Counted from the stretch's first letter, positions 27,687 to 37,215 are shown. The stretch: DNA of 64,000 nucleotides from an uncultured Saprospiraceae bacterium (GCA_964428345.1 CAYRYD010000014.1:28514-92513); one strand, 5' to 3'. The notes: a model not told the origin generated them from the sequence alone. Program-made: numbers and translations.

Positions 27687-28625
27687 ATGAAGCGAAAGAC
27701 ATTTATTAGAAATGCCGGATTGAGCGCCTTGGCCGGAGGTGTTGGAAACCTTTTTTCGGTATCGACACCACGTCAAATTTTTCCAGAACCCGTCCATCGC
27801 ATCAAACTGGCGGTTTCTTCTTATTCGTACTGGCACTTTCGCCCACCTAAAATAACCATTCATGAAGTGATTGAAAAAGCGGCCCAACTCGGGGTGGAGG
27901 GGGTGGATATCCTGCACCGGCAAATGGACAGCGAAGAGCGGGAATATCTGATGTCGATCAAGCAAAAAGCATTTGAACAGGGCATTGACCTGATCTGCCT
28001 GTCCATCCATCAGGATTTTGTCGATCCCCTACCGGAGGAGCGGCAAAAAGCAGTTGATCACACGCTCCATTGCATTGACCTGGCCTATCAGTTGGGAATA
28101 CCGTGTATCCGGCTGAACAGCGGGCGCTGGAATACGATCCAGTCCTTTGATGATCTGATGACCAAACGGGGTGAAGAACCACCGATTGCCGGATATCAGG
28201 AAGAGGACGCTTTCAACTGGTGTATCGACGGCATTCAGCAATGTCTGGGACGGGCGCAGGAAAACGGTGTTTTGCTGGCCCTCGAAAACCATTGGGGCCT
28301 GACCCGCACCGTGGAAGGATTATTGAGAATTGTGCAAACCATCAATTCACCCTGGCTGGGAGTCTTAATGGACACCGGCAATTTTCTGGAAGACCCCTAT
28401 GAAAAGCTGCAACAGATCGCTCCATACACCCGGTTTGTCCAGGCAAAAACCTATTATGGTGGTGGCGAATGGTACACCCTGGATCTGGATTACCGGAGGA
28501 TCAGCAGAATTTTACAGGAGGCAGATTACCGGGGATATGTCGCCATCGAGTTTGAAGGGAAAGCTCCGGCTGATGAAGGCGTAAAAAAGAGTGTTGCACT
28601 GCTCCGGGAAGTCCTGAAAGGGTGA
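27687..28625 (+). CDS. exported sugar phosphate isomerase/epimerase (xylose isomerase-like TIM barrel), paralog 3
   Basis: Tat-like leader MKRKTFIRNAGLSALAGG. TIM-barrel motifs include LALENHWG, LMDTGNF and VAIEFEG. I place the start at the ATG at 27687; the track ORF from 27504 looks like a spurious 5' extension. Confidence 0.8.
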   Translation: MKRKTFIRNAGLSALAGGVGNLFSVSTPRQIFPEPVHRIKLAVSSYSYWHFRPPKITIHEVIEKAAQLGVEGVDILHRQMDSEEREYLMSIKQKAFEQGIDLICLSIHQDFVDPLPEERQKAVDHTLHCIDLAYQLGIPCIRLNSGRWNTIQSFDDLMTKRGEEPPIAGYQEEDAFNWCIDGIQQCLGRAQENGVLLALENHWGLTRTVEGLLRIVQTINSPWLGVLMDTGNFLEDPYEKLQQIAPYTRFVQAKTYYGGGEWYTLDLDYRRISRILQEADYRGYVAIEFEGKAPADEGVKKSVALLREVLKG

Positions 28626-28836
28626 TGGTGAAAAATATTTCCGGCGATAACCAGCTGACTGTCAACAATCCGGCCTGAAATTTGCAACTACTGTTAATAG
28701 AGACCAGAGCATATATTATTTTTTTTAATATTTTACGCTCCAGTTACGTTACGGCCTTTCGAATCATTTTAAATATGCTTTGATTTGATTGTCGTTTCCC
28801 GTGGTGAAATGAAGCCCACCATTGAGAAATTGAACA

Positions 28837-29907
28837 ATGAGACCATTAGAGAAGGAAAAGATCATTGCGATCTTTTGGATACTGCTTTGCCTCACCGGGA
28901 CCAGTCTGTTTGCACAGACGCCTCCCAATCTGACCACCGGCCTGAAGTGGAATGAATGGTATTATGTTACGACAGTGGCGGCGATCCAAAACCAGTTTAA
29001 TGCCGGCCGGCGACATGAAGAATCCAACCTGAATTTGACGACTGGTATTCTGGGAAATTTATCCCTTCCATCCGATTTTCTCCAGCTTGATTTTAAGGAG
29101 CAGGCACTCCTGCTTCTCAACGCCGAAAGAGAAGCCAGGCACAATGTCAATTATTCCAATGGTCTGGCCCTGGGTTTACCCTTTGAAGGTTGCGAACTGG
29201 ACCTGTCGGTCGTTGCCCAACGGCATGCCGACGACATGCAAACCAATGATTTTTTTGGTCATACCAGCTCGGGCGGGCAGTCGTCTAACACCAGGATTAC
29301 CAGTGCTTTTCCATCCTGCACCGAAGGCACCTCCGAAAATATCGCGTGGAACAGCTTCACTGGTAGTGGTTTTATCGCCGGTATTCCCCTTGCCATTTAC
29401 AATTTTATTTACGACGATGCCTGCTGTCTTTGGGGCCACCGTTCCCTTTGCCTGCGACAATCGGCCAATACAAACAACTATAACGGAACTTCCCGGTTTG
29501 GAATGGTAGGATTCGGACGTTCGACCGGTGCCAACGGTGATTATTTTGTAATGGACTTTTTTGATCCAAAACCAGTTTGTACTTACAATGAAACGAACTT
29601 TGAGAGTGGACAATCAGGGGGTGACTGTCCGGAAGATATCCGGCTTTCGGGTACAATAGAATCAGGAGTATACCAGGCTTCCAAATCGGTATCCTCTTCG
29701 GGTATGATACCCACGACCAATACAGTAGAATTAATTGCGTCCAACAGTGTGACCCTGGATCCGGTCTTTGAAGTTCAGCTGGGGTCTGAACTCCTTGTTG
29801 AAATCGGCGATTGCGGATCAGCCCTAAAAACGCAGGGACTGTCGAATGGCTGGATAGAAGAAAATCCGACCCTGGTGGGAGGGCTCCCGGTTTTCCGGAT
29901 GGAATAA
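28837..29907 (+). CDS. secreted CAP/SCP/PR1-like domain protein with an extra C-terminal domain
   Basis: 356-aa ORF with a signal peptide (IFWILLCLTGTSLFAQ). CAP-like core LLLLNAEREARH...VAQRHADDMQTNDFFGHTSS...ENIAW. The roughly 100-aa C-terminal beta-rich region is unassigned. Confidence 0.7.
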   Translation: MRPLEKEKIIAIFWILLCLTGTSLFAQTPPNLTTGLKWNEWYYVTTVAAIQNQFNAGRRHEESNLNLTTGILGNLSLPSDFLQLDFKEQALLLLNAEREARHNVNYSNGLALGLPFEGCELDLSVVAQRHADDMQTNDFFGHTSSGGQSSNTRITSAFPSCTEGTSENIAWNSFTGSGFIAGIPLAIYNFIYDDACCLWGHRSLCLRQSANTNNYNGTSRFGMVGFGRSTGANGDYFVMDFFDPKPVCTYNETNFESGQSGGDCPEDIRLSGTIESGVYQASKSVSSSGMIPTTNTVELIASNSVTLDPVFEVQLGSELLVEIGDCGSALKTQGLSNGWIEENPTLVGGLPVFRME

Positions 29908-30050
29908 AGTTCACAGGTAGTCTATCGAACTTGTTCTTGCAGAAATTACCGACCAGAATTATTGAAATAAAAATAACCACTGCCAAACGCTTCCGGTTGT
30001 CCAGTCTTCCAATTTCCTTTAGCTTGGTCCCTTAATTTCAAAACAAAAAA

Positions 30051-30998
30051 ATGGATCACATTCCGACCCGGGAAGATATTTCCATCACCCACCGGACTAT
30101 CCAGTCCTACATTCATCGTACTCCGGTTTTCGCCAACCAAACCATCAATCGCCTGACCGGGGCGCAGATCTACTGCAAATGCGAAAATTTTCAGAAAGTC
30201 GGAGCCTTTAAGATGCGGGGAGCCAGCAGTGCCGTCTCCGCTCTCGATGACGACCTGAAGTACAAGGGCATTGCCACGCATTCGTCCGGCAACCATGCCC
30301 AGGCAGTGGCCTTATCCGCCAAAATGCACGGCATTGAAGCGCATATCGTGATGCCGGAAAATGCCCCTTCCATCAAACGTCAAGCTGTCGAAGAATACGG
30401 CGCCACGGTCTATATCTCCGGCAATCTGATCAAAGACCGGGAGCAAAAAATGAAGGAAGTACTCGAAAAGACCGGCGCGACCTTTATTCACCCCTATAAC
30501 GATTACAACATCATTTCGGGTCAGGCAACCGCCGCCAAAGAACTCCTGGAAGAGTTCCCGGAACTGGACAGTGTCATAGCCCCGGTGGGTGGTGGTGGTT
30601 TGCTCAGCGGAACTGCCCTCTCGACCAGGTACCATGACCATACTATCCAGGTCTACGGTGCTGAACCCAGACTGGTCGACGATGCCGCCCGTTCTTTCAA
30701 AAGCGGTAAGATTGAGACCAATCAGCGTATTGACACCATCGCCGATGGATTAAGAACCATGTTGGGAGATAAGACTTTCGGGATTATCACTCAATTTGCT
30801 GACGACATCCTCACTGTCGAAGAAGAAAGCATCATCAGAGCAATGCGGCTGATCTGGGAGCGCATGAAGATCATCGTCGAACCCTCCGGTGCCGTACCGC
30901 TGGCCGCCGTACTCGAACATTCCGACCTTTTCGCCGGGAAGAAAGTGGGTCTGATCCTTTCCGGAGGCAATGTCGACTTGCAGGATTTACCATTTTAG
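30051..30998 (+). CDS. PLP-dependent threonine/serine dehydratase (fold type II)
   Basis: 315-aa ORF with the PLP-Lys motif ENFQKVGAFKMRGA, SSGNHAQAVA and the Gly loop PVGGGGLLSG. Confidence 0.88.
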   Translation: MDHIPTREDISITHRTIQSYIHRTPVFANQTINRLTGAQIYCKCENFQKVGAFKMRGASSAVSALDDDLKYKGIATHSSGNHAQAVALSAKMHGIEAHIVMPENAPSIKRQAVEEYGATVYISGNLIKDREQKMKEVLEKTGATFIHPYNDYNIISGQATAAKELLEEFPELDSVIAPVGGGGLLSGTALSTRYHDHTIQVYGAEPRLVDDAARSFKSGKIETNQRIDTIADGLRTMLGDKTFGIITQFADDILTVEEESIIRAMRLIWERMKIIVEPSGAVPLAAVLEHSDLFAGKKVGLILSGGNVDLQDLPF

Positions 30999-31085
30999 CG
31001 AAGGGCAGCTAAACCAGGCTATTCGATCATCGAACCAACGCCTTTTGAGCACTGCAGGACCCAGGAGAGTAGCGTATAAACAGCA

Positions 31086-31730
31086 TCACGGTAATGGTCG
31101 CACCATAATACTGCGGTACATGACCTTACTGCCCGGATCATGGGCCTGAAGGGCAAAGGTACCGCTGGAAATGATCCGGTTTTTGGTGCCTTCCTCCCTC
31201 AGCGGATTGGCCGGTTCGGTATAATCGATTACCACCACATCATTGATCTTGATGATCACCCTTTTTCCTTCCACTTTGATGTACTCAGTATACCATTCGT
31301 TGTCTTTGACGTATGTTTCCTTTACGTCTACAATGGAATACAAACTGCCGGTACGGCGCCAGTCAGACTGCGAGTTATTGACCTGAACCTCGTAACCTTT
31401 GGAAGGCCAGCCCTCCGGTTGATATTCGGTATGAAAGTAAATGCCCGAATTAGACCCCGGAAAAGTCATCACTTCGGCCTTAAATTCAAAGTTCTTAAAA
31501 TTGTGGTTTTGCACCGGACCGTCGTAAAAAGCATGAGCCCGGCTACCATTGGTCACAATCGCCCCATCCTCCACCCGGATGGATAGGGGATTATCCGATA
31601 TTTTCCAGCCACTCAATGACTTGCCGTCGAACAGGGAAATCCAGCCTTTGCCATCATCTTTTTGCATTTTGCTGGCCGAATCACAACCCAACACCCCGAT
31701 CAGGGCTGCCAGCAACAGAACATGTTTCAT
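31086..31730 (-). CDS. DUF1080 (3-keto-disaccharide hydrolase family) lipoprotein
   Basis: 214-aa ORF with lipobox LIGVLGC. Also GWISLFDGKSLSGWK, FEFKAEV...NSGIYFH, YEVQV and FALQAHDPGSKVMYR, typical of DUF1080. Confidence 0.8.
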   Translation of the reverse strand: MKHVLLLAALIGVLGCDSASKMQKDDGKGWISLFDGKSLSGWKISDNPLSIRVEDGAIVTNGSRAHAFYDGPVQNHNFKNFEFKAEVMTFPGSNSGIYFHTEYQPEGWPSKGYEVQVNNSQSDWRRTGSLYSIVDVKETYVKDNEWYTEYIKVEGKRVIIKINDVVVIDYTEPANPLREEGTKNRIISSGTFALQAHDPGSKVMYRSIMVRPLP

Positions 31731-31900
31731 GCGTCTTTAATTTGAGGGGAAGATAGGTAAATTTTGGAAGCGGTTGACTGGCCGAGTAGTTAAGGCGGAT
31801 ACAATGGACATATCGGTATCTCCAGGGAGGTGCTCAAATACCTGTCAATCCAGTGTGACTGGCGTCACCAGAAATAAATTAACACGTGGATTAATCTTCG

Positions 31901-31908
31901 TATCTTTG
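31901..31908 (+). promoter_or_regulatory. candidate -7 box TATCTTTG for the first DEAD-box helicase gene
   Basis: Exact TAnnTTTG match ending 31 nt upstream of the ATG at 31940. No clear -33 TTTG at the expected spacing. Confidence 0.3.
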
Positions 31909-31939
31909 CATTCTTGTTACAAAACGATCATTCACATCG

Positions 31940-33172
31940 ATGACTTTTAGGGATCTCAATCTGCATGAATCGTTGCTGGAAGCCATCTCATATATGGGAT
32001 TTGAGACACCCACACCAATCCAGCAACAGGCGATACCACAGATTTTAGCCGGCCGGGATGTACTGGCCTGTGCACAAACCGGAACCGGAAAAACCGCCGC
32101 TTTCATTTTACCTATACTGGATATGTTGTCGGGAATGACCGATCATTCGGTCAAAACATTGGTGATTGTACCTACCAGGGAACTGGCAATTCAGATCGAT
32201 CAGCAGATTCAGGGATTGGGATATTTTGTCAATATCGAATCGATTGCCATCTATGGTGGTGGTGACGGATCGGAATGGGATCAGCAAAAAGTAGCCCTGA
32301 CCAAAGGGGCAGACATCATTGTGGCTACTCCCGGCAAATTCATTTCACATCTGAATCTGGGATATGTCAAACTGGACAAAGTACGGCACCTGATCCTGGA
32401 TGAAGCCGACCGGATGCTCGACATGGGTTTTCATGATGACATTCAGAAAATCATGTCCTTCTTGCCGAAGCAGCGTCAAAATCTGATGTTCAGTGCTACG
32501 ATGCCGCCGAAAATCAAGCAACTGGCCAAGAAAATCCTGAGTGATCCTTTTGAAATCACCCTTTCGCTCAGCAAACCGGCTGAAGGAGTCTTGCAAGCCG
32601 CCTATATGGTTCATGAAGACCAGAAGGCTCCATTGATCAAAAGTCTGATCAGCGGTAAAAAAGAGTACAAAAGCATCCTGATTTTTGCATCGACCAAAAA
32701 GAAAGTCAATCAGATTTCCCGGACCCTGCAGAGTGGCAGCAATGAAGTCGCGGAGATTTCTTCCGATCTGGAGCAAAATGAACGGGAAGAGGTCCTGGCT
32801 AAATTCAAGTCGAAACAAATCCGGGTTCTGGTGGCCACCGATGTATTAAGCCGGGGAATCGACATCAAGGATATCAATCTGGTGATCAATTACGACGTGC
32901 CTTCGGATGCCGAAGATTATGTACACCGGGTAGGAAGAACCGCCCGGGCAGAAACCACCGGGGTCGCACTCACCCTGATCAACGAAGAGGATATTCCAAA
33001 ATTTGCCCGGATTGAAAAACTGATTGAAGCCGAAATCATGAAAATCCCCCTGCCTTCCGAATTCGGTCCGGCTCCGGTTTGGGATCCGCGGGCCAGGCCC
33101 CGGCGAGACTTTGGCAGAAAAAGCCAGAAACCCAGAAAAAAACAAGCCCACGGTAGTCAAAGAAGGCGCTGA
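31940..33172 (+). CDS. rhlE: DEAD-box ATP-dependent RNA helicase with a basic C-terminal tail (RhlE-like)
   Basis: 410-aa ORF with the Q-motif region, AQTGTGKT, DEAD, SAT and HRVGRTAR, plus an Arg/Lys-rich tail. Confidence 0.9.
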   Translation: MTFRDLNLHESLLEAISYMGFETPTPIQQQAIPQILAGRDVLACAQTGTGKTAAFILPILDMLSGMTDHSVKTLVIVPTRELAIQIDQQIQGLGYFVNIESIAIYGGGDGSEWDQQKVALTKGADIIVATPGKFISHLNLGYVKLDKVRHLILDEADRMLDMGFHDDIQKIMSFLPKQRQNLMFSATMPPKIKQLAKKILSDPFEITLSLSKPAEGVLQAAYMVHEDQKAPLIKSLISGKKEYKSILIFASTKKKVNQISRTLQSGSNEVAEISSDLEQNEREEVLAKFKSKQIRVLVATDVLSRGIDIKDINLVINYDVPSDAEDYVHRVGRTARAETTGVALTLINEEDIPKFARIEKLIEAEIMKIPLPSEFGPAPVWDPRARPRRDFGRKSQKPRKKQAHGSQRRR

Positions 33173-33302
33173 CCAGGCTGGCATGGCCCGTCATCCGTGA
33201 TTGCCTCAGGATTTTCTTCTTATTTATCTCATCTGTTTGAAACAACGGAATCAGCATTTGGAAAACTTTTTCTTGCTCACCGTTGTTGGTTAAAATTTCT
33301 AC

Positions 33303-34985
33303 ATGAAATCATTTTCTGAATCGGGACTCAAATCCGAATTGCTCACTTCACTGGAACGGATCAATTTTATCAGTCCCACTCCCATTCAAAATCAAGCCAT
33401 CCGTCACCTGATGCATTCCGACCAGGATCTGATCGGTACAGCTCACACCGGAACCGGTAAAACGGCCGCATTTGCATTACCGATCATTCACCGGACCCAT
33501 CTTGAGATTCAACAAATCCAGTCAATCGTGCTATGCCCCACCCGGGAACTCTGCTTGCAAATTACCAGCGATATCCAAAATTACACCCGGGATCTCAAGG
33601 GATTTAAAGTGGCAGCTGTCTATGGCGGATCGAGCATGACCGACCAGATAAATGCCCTGAAACGGGGGGTTCATATGGTGGTAGGAACCCCCGGCCGTAC
33701 CCTGGATCTGATCAACCGTAACAAGTTGCAATTGCATCAGGTTCGCTGGCTGGTGCTGGACGAAGCCGATGAGATGCTCTCTATGGGCTTTAAAGATGAA
33801 CTGGACCAGATTCTGGCTGCCACCCCCAGTGAAAAGCAAACCCTGTTGTTTTCGGCCACGATGCCATCCGCTATCACCTCGATCGCCGATCACTATATGA
33901 CCGATCCCGTCAAAATAGCCGTCGACCAGGGGGTAAAAACAACCACTGCGATCAACCACGGGTATTATGTGGTATCACGAAAGGCTAAGTTTAGATTCCT
34001 GACCTCCTTTCTTTCCCTGCACCAGGATATCTATGCCATCATTTTCTGCCGCACCAGAAAAGACACCGCACAGCTGGCTGAAGATCTGGAGAAAGAAGGC
34101 TACCAGGCTGACGCCCTGCACGGTGACTTATCCCAGAGACACCGGGACAGGGTGCTCAAAAGGTTTCGTAGCCGTCAGATAAACCTACTGATCGCTACCG
34201 ATGTGGCTGCCAGAGGATTGGACGTAACCGGTCTTTCACACGTGATCAATTACGACCTGCCGGATGAACCCGAAGCCTATGTGCACCGTAGCGGTCGTAC
34301 CGGCCGGGCTGGTAAGTCTGGTGACTGCTTATGCCTGCTGGACCGTAAAGACCTGAATAAATTACAGTTTATCAGCAGAAAGACCGGGATTAAATTCAGC
34401 GAAAGCCGGTTGCCGGATCCAGGTGAGATCATCGGTCAGAGGGTCAATGATATGACCGATAAACTTTTGCAGATTAACCCGGAACATCCTGCACTGTTGG
34501 AAAACCTCCCCGCTGCCGATCAGAAATTATTTCATTTGAGCCGGCAGGAGCTCATCGGACGGTTCCTCCATCTGCTGATGGCCGATGAATTGCGCAGGAA
34601 TAACTGGCCTGGTTCTTCGAAAAAAGACATTACCCACAAGTCAAGAAACAATAGGTTTCCGGATGATTTTCCGGAAGAATCCTTTTACCCCGGTCAATTC
34701 ACCCGGTTTTATATCAATCTCGGAACGAAGCATAATCTGGATGCCCCTAAACTGATCAGTGTCATCAACCGGTATATGAAGGGCAGTGATTTTACCATCG
34801 GGAAAATTGAAATGCTGAAGTCCTTTTCTTTTTTCGAAATTGAAGAAGGCTATGAAGACCGGGTTATTGCCGGCTTCCGAAAAGCCACCTATGATAATCT
34901 GCAGGTTGTTGTCGAAAAATCGATGCCAAAACCGGACCTATCCAAAAACAGAAAACTTAAAGGAAAAAAGAAAAAAAGAAAATAG
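33303..34985 (+). CDS. deaD: DEAD-box ATP-dependent RNA helicase with a DbpA-type C-terminal RNA-binding domain (DeaD/CsdA-like)
   Basis: 560-aa ORF with AHTGTGKT, DEAD, SAT and HRSGRTGRAG. The C-terminal FTRFYINLG...IGKIEMLKSFSFFEI resembles the DbpA RNA-binding domain. Lys-rich tail. Confidence 0.9.
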   Translation: MKSFSESGLKSELLTSLERINFISPTPIQNQAIRHLMHSDQDLIGTAHTGTGKTAAFALPIIHRTHLEIQQIQSIVLCPTRELCLQITSDIQNYTRDLKGFKVAAVYGGSSMTDQINALKRGVHMVVGTPGRTLDLINRNKLQLHQVRWLVLDEADEMLSMGFKDELDQILAATPSEKQTLLFSATMPSAITSIADHYMTDPVKIAVDQGVKTTTAINHGYYVVSRKAKFRFLTSFLSLHQDIYAIIFCRTRKDTAQLAEDLEKEGYQADALHGDLSQRHRDRVLKRFRSRQINLLIATDVAARGLDVTGLSHVINYDLPDEPEAYVHRSGRTGRAGKSGDCLCLLDRKDLNKLQFISRKTGIKFSESRLPDPGEIIGQRVNDMTDKLLQINPEHPALLENLPAADQKLFHLSRQELIGRFLHLLMADELRRNNWPGSSKKDITHKSRNNRFPDDFPEESFYPGQFTRFYINLGTKHNLDAPKLISVINRYMKGSDFTIGKIEMLKSFSFFEIEEGYEDRVIAGFRKATYDNLQVVVEKSMPKPDLSKNRKLKGKKKKRK

Positions 34986-35008
34986 GACACCTCTAAAAAC
35001 TCCAATAG

Positions 35009-35332
35009 CTATCCGGATTTCCTTCTCCGGAACAACCGGATATTATCCGGAAAAATTTTTATCAGTTCAAAATGTTTCCGGATATCCTCTTTAATCAGTG
35101 CAGGTACATTGCGTGAAATGACATAATAATTCATTTTTTGGGACACAATATTGGCAAATTCATGACCAGTATTTACTTCATATGCCCGGATCAGATCACG
35201 GTTAAATAGAATCGAAGTATGCACATACCTGGTTGGGGGCTGGCAATCCAGCAGATAATATAAAATACTCTGGTCGGTAGTATAGATCTGGTCTCCGGAA
35301 CGCCAATGTTTTTTCAGTTCGTCATAAATCAT
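35009..35332 (-). CDS. C-terminal soluble-domain fragment of an ArnT/GT39-like glycosyltransferase (separate ORF)
   Basis: 107-aa ORF whose ATG overlaps the stop of the upstream membrane ORF (ATGA at 35332-35329). There are no TM segments. The combined length of 472 aa fits full-length family members. Confidence 0.55.
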   Translation of the reverse strand: MIYDELKKHWRSGDQIYTTDQSILYYLLDCQPPTRYVHTSILFNRDLIRAYEVNTGHEFANIVSQKMNYYVISRNVPALIKEDIRKHFELIKIFPDNIRLFRRRKSG

Positions 35333-36426
35333 GCCCGTAAATCCGGCTTACTTAAGATCTGGATGTACTGGTTGGTCCAGGAGACCGTCAGCAGACCCGA
35401 AAAAATAGCTGCCGGATACCACCACTTGTATAGAAAAAACCTCCGAAGCTGGTCCTGGGGTTTAATCATAAAAAATGTCAGGGCAAAGAGGCATAGTGGA
35501 GGCAAAGCCTGAAAATAATAATGAAAGAAAAATTTTCCGGTCATAGTAATACCCAACCAGGCAAGAACCGTCCAGGAAATCAAAAGGACCCAATGGGAAG
35601 TCAGCATCCACCGGCGTTCCAGAGCAATCCACAATCCGTAAAGCAGCATCACGATTACCGGAAGAAAAGACAGGTAAAACTCAGCGACAAACCTCATTAA
35701 CCGGCCTGGGTTAAGAACATTGGAATATTGTCCGGGAATTTCCAGTAAGGCAAATTTTAATTCATTCAGATGACCGATACTCCAGTAATAAAACACGACA
35801 GAAACCAGGGGAATTAAAAAGAAAATAAAGGCTGTAAACATCTCCTGCAACCACTTGCCTGCTTTCTTTCCAGACCAAAAAAAATAAAAAATCACCAATG
35901 CCAATATATCAAATGCAATGTGAAACTTGATCAGAAACCCCAGACCGGTTATTAACCCAAAGCCGGCAAAATGTTTTATGTTTCTGCTAATCAGCAAGAG
36001 ATACAAACCAGCTATCGTAAGACATTGAAAAAAAATCTCCGTATTGGAAGGCCAGGACCATTTATGGGCACTTGCACAGATAATGTACAGCAATCCTGTC
36101 AGCATTGCCGTTCTTCGATGTGAGAAAAGTATAAAATGGATCCGGTACAGTAAATAACCCGAAAGGGCAATGACCAATGCCGTAAACATCCGGATCGCAA
36201 ACACAGACTGAAAAACCTTTAAAATCAGGGCAAACACCAGGTAAATTCCCACGGGCTTGATATCCAGATTATCGATGTACGGAATTCTTCCGGATAAAAG
36301 TTGGTCGGCGATCAGGATATAGGTCGATTCGTCGTGGTCTATCACCAAAGGAAAAAAAACAGGCAACCGTAGAACAACTGCCACCAAACCGTACCACAAA
36401 AGCAAATACTTTCCGAGAGCCTTCAT
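35329..36426 (-). CDS. ArnT/PMT (GT39/GT83)-like membrane glycosyltransferase, membrane portion
   Basis: 365-aa ORF with about 10 hydrophobic helices. The N-terminal loop FPLVIDHDESTYILIADQLLSG carries the Asp/Glu pattern typical of the first periplasmic loop of GT-C enzymes. Confidence 0.75.
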   Translation of the reverse strand: MKALGKYLLLWYGLVAVVLRLPVFFPLVIDHDESTYILIADQLLSGRIPYIDNLDIKPVGIYLVFALILKVFQSVFAIRMFTALVIALSGYLLYRIHFILFSHRRTAMLTGLLYIICASAHKWSWPSNTEIFFQCLTIAGLYLLLISRNIKHFAGFGLITGLGFLIKFHIAFDILALVIFYFFWSGKKAGKWLQEMFTAFIFFLIPLVSVVFYYWSIGHLNELKFALLEIPGQYSNVLNPGRLMRFVAEFYLSFLPVIVMLLYGLWIALERRWMLTSHWVLLISWTVLAWLGITMTGKFFFHYYFQALPPLCLFALTFFMIKPQDQLRRFFLYKWWYPAAIFSGLLTVSWTNQYIQILSKPDLRA

Positions 36427-36473
36427 TATTCCGGTGACAAATGTAATGTTTTATGATCCACTATCCATATCAA

Positions 36474-37091
36474 TTATGTCTCTAAGGAAATGACTCCCCG
36501 GGGAGTATTTAGCCAGATCACCATTCGCGGATTACCGGCCAGCAATGACACCAGGAAAATATCTTCCAGATCATTCATAAAGGTAAGTCTGGCCGGATCG
36601 GGATTCCAGATATGAATGGACTGCAGTTGACAACCCTCCGGCAGGAGATCTGCCGGATGGGGTCCGTCGCCCCACTCAATCAAAAAAGGAAGGATCCAAC
36701 CGGATGGATCATCGGGATCTGTTAACTTCCACTGAAGGTTTTTGCCATCACCGGTCAACCGACTACCGGTCATAACCAGACCTGGATTCCAACCCAAAGC
36801 CTGCCAGCGACCTTTGTCCGTGAAGATATCAGTCGTTTGCCAGGCCCAACGGATCAAAGCAGGCTTCTGTACACTCCGGATCTGCATCCAGGGAACCTCC
36901 ACTTCCGGTTGTGCCGGGTCGGGTGCAAGAATTTCCAGATAACTCCGGGCACCAAGTCGTATCAGGGCATTGCAAGTACCCTTCCCCGGATGTGAGCCAC
37001 CTACCTGCGGCATCACACCAGATGATTGATAAAACTGCTCCATACCCTGAGAGAGATCCGGACACGCCCAAACAAAATGGTCGATAAACAT
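36474..37091 (-). CDS. glyoxalase-like domain (VOC-related) protein
   Basis: MFIDHFVWACPDL..G...F....GV....GG.HPGKGTCNALIRLG..SYLEILAPDP resembles the Glyoxalase_3-type domain. Start moved to the ATG at 37091. Confidence 0.65.
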   Translation of the reverse strand: MFIDHFVWACPDLSQGMEQFYQSSGVMPQVGGSHPGKGTCNALIRLGARSYLEILAPDPAQPEVEVPWMQIRSVQKPALIRWAWQTTDIFTDKGRWQALGWNPGLVMTGSRLTGDGKNLQWKLTDPDDPSGWILPFLIEWGDGPHPADLLPEGCQLQSIHIWNPDPARLTFMNDLEDIFLVSLLAGNPRMVIWLNTPRGVISLET

Positions 37092-37215
37092 GGTTATATG
37101 TAGGGAAGTTAAGCTCGTGTTAATGAAAAATCCCACAGGCTAGCTACCCGGAGATTGACGTTAATATTGGGATAAATTAACCAAATCCCCAGGACAGTAA
37201 CTGCAGGAGATGGTA

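Noticed and set aside
31767-31800. tRNA-like string GGAAGCGG...TGGCCGAGTAGTTAAGGCGG, resembling the D-arm of type II (Ser/Leu) tRNAs.
   Set aside because: There are seven nt instead of two between the would-be acceptor stem and the D-arm. There is no 7-nt anticodon loop, no GTTCRANNC T-loop, and no complementary 3' acceptor strand downstream. It is not a tRNA; at most it is a chance resemblance or an old fragment.
34985-34998. 14-mer GGACACCTCTAAAA shared between 34985-34998 and 46706-46719, both near gene ends.
   Set aside because: About 4e9 position pairs (both strands) against 4^14 possible 14-mers predicts several chance 14-mer matches in 64 kb. Flanking sequence is not similar.
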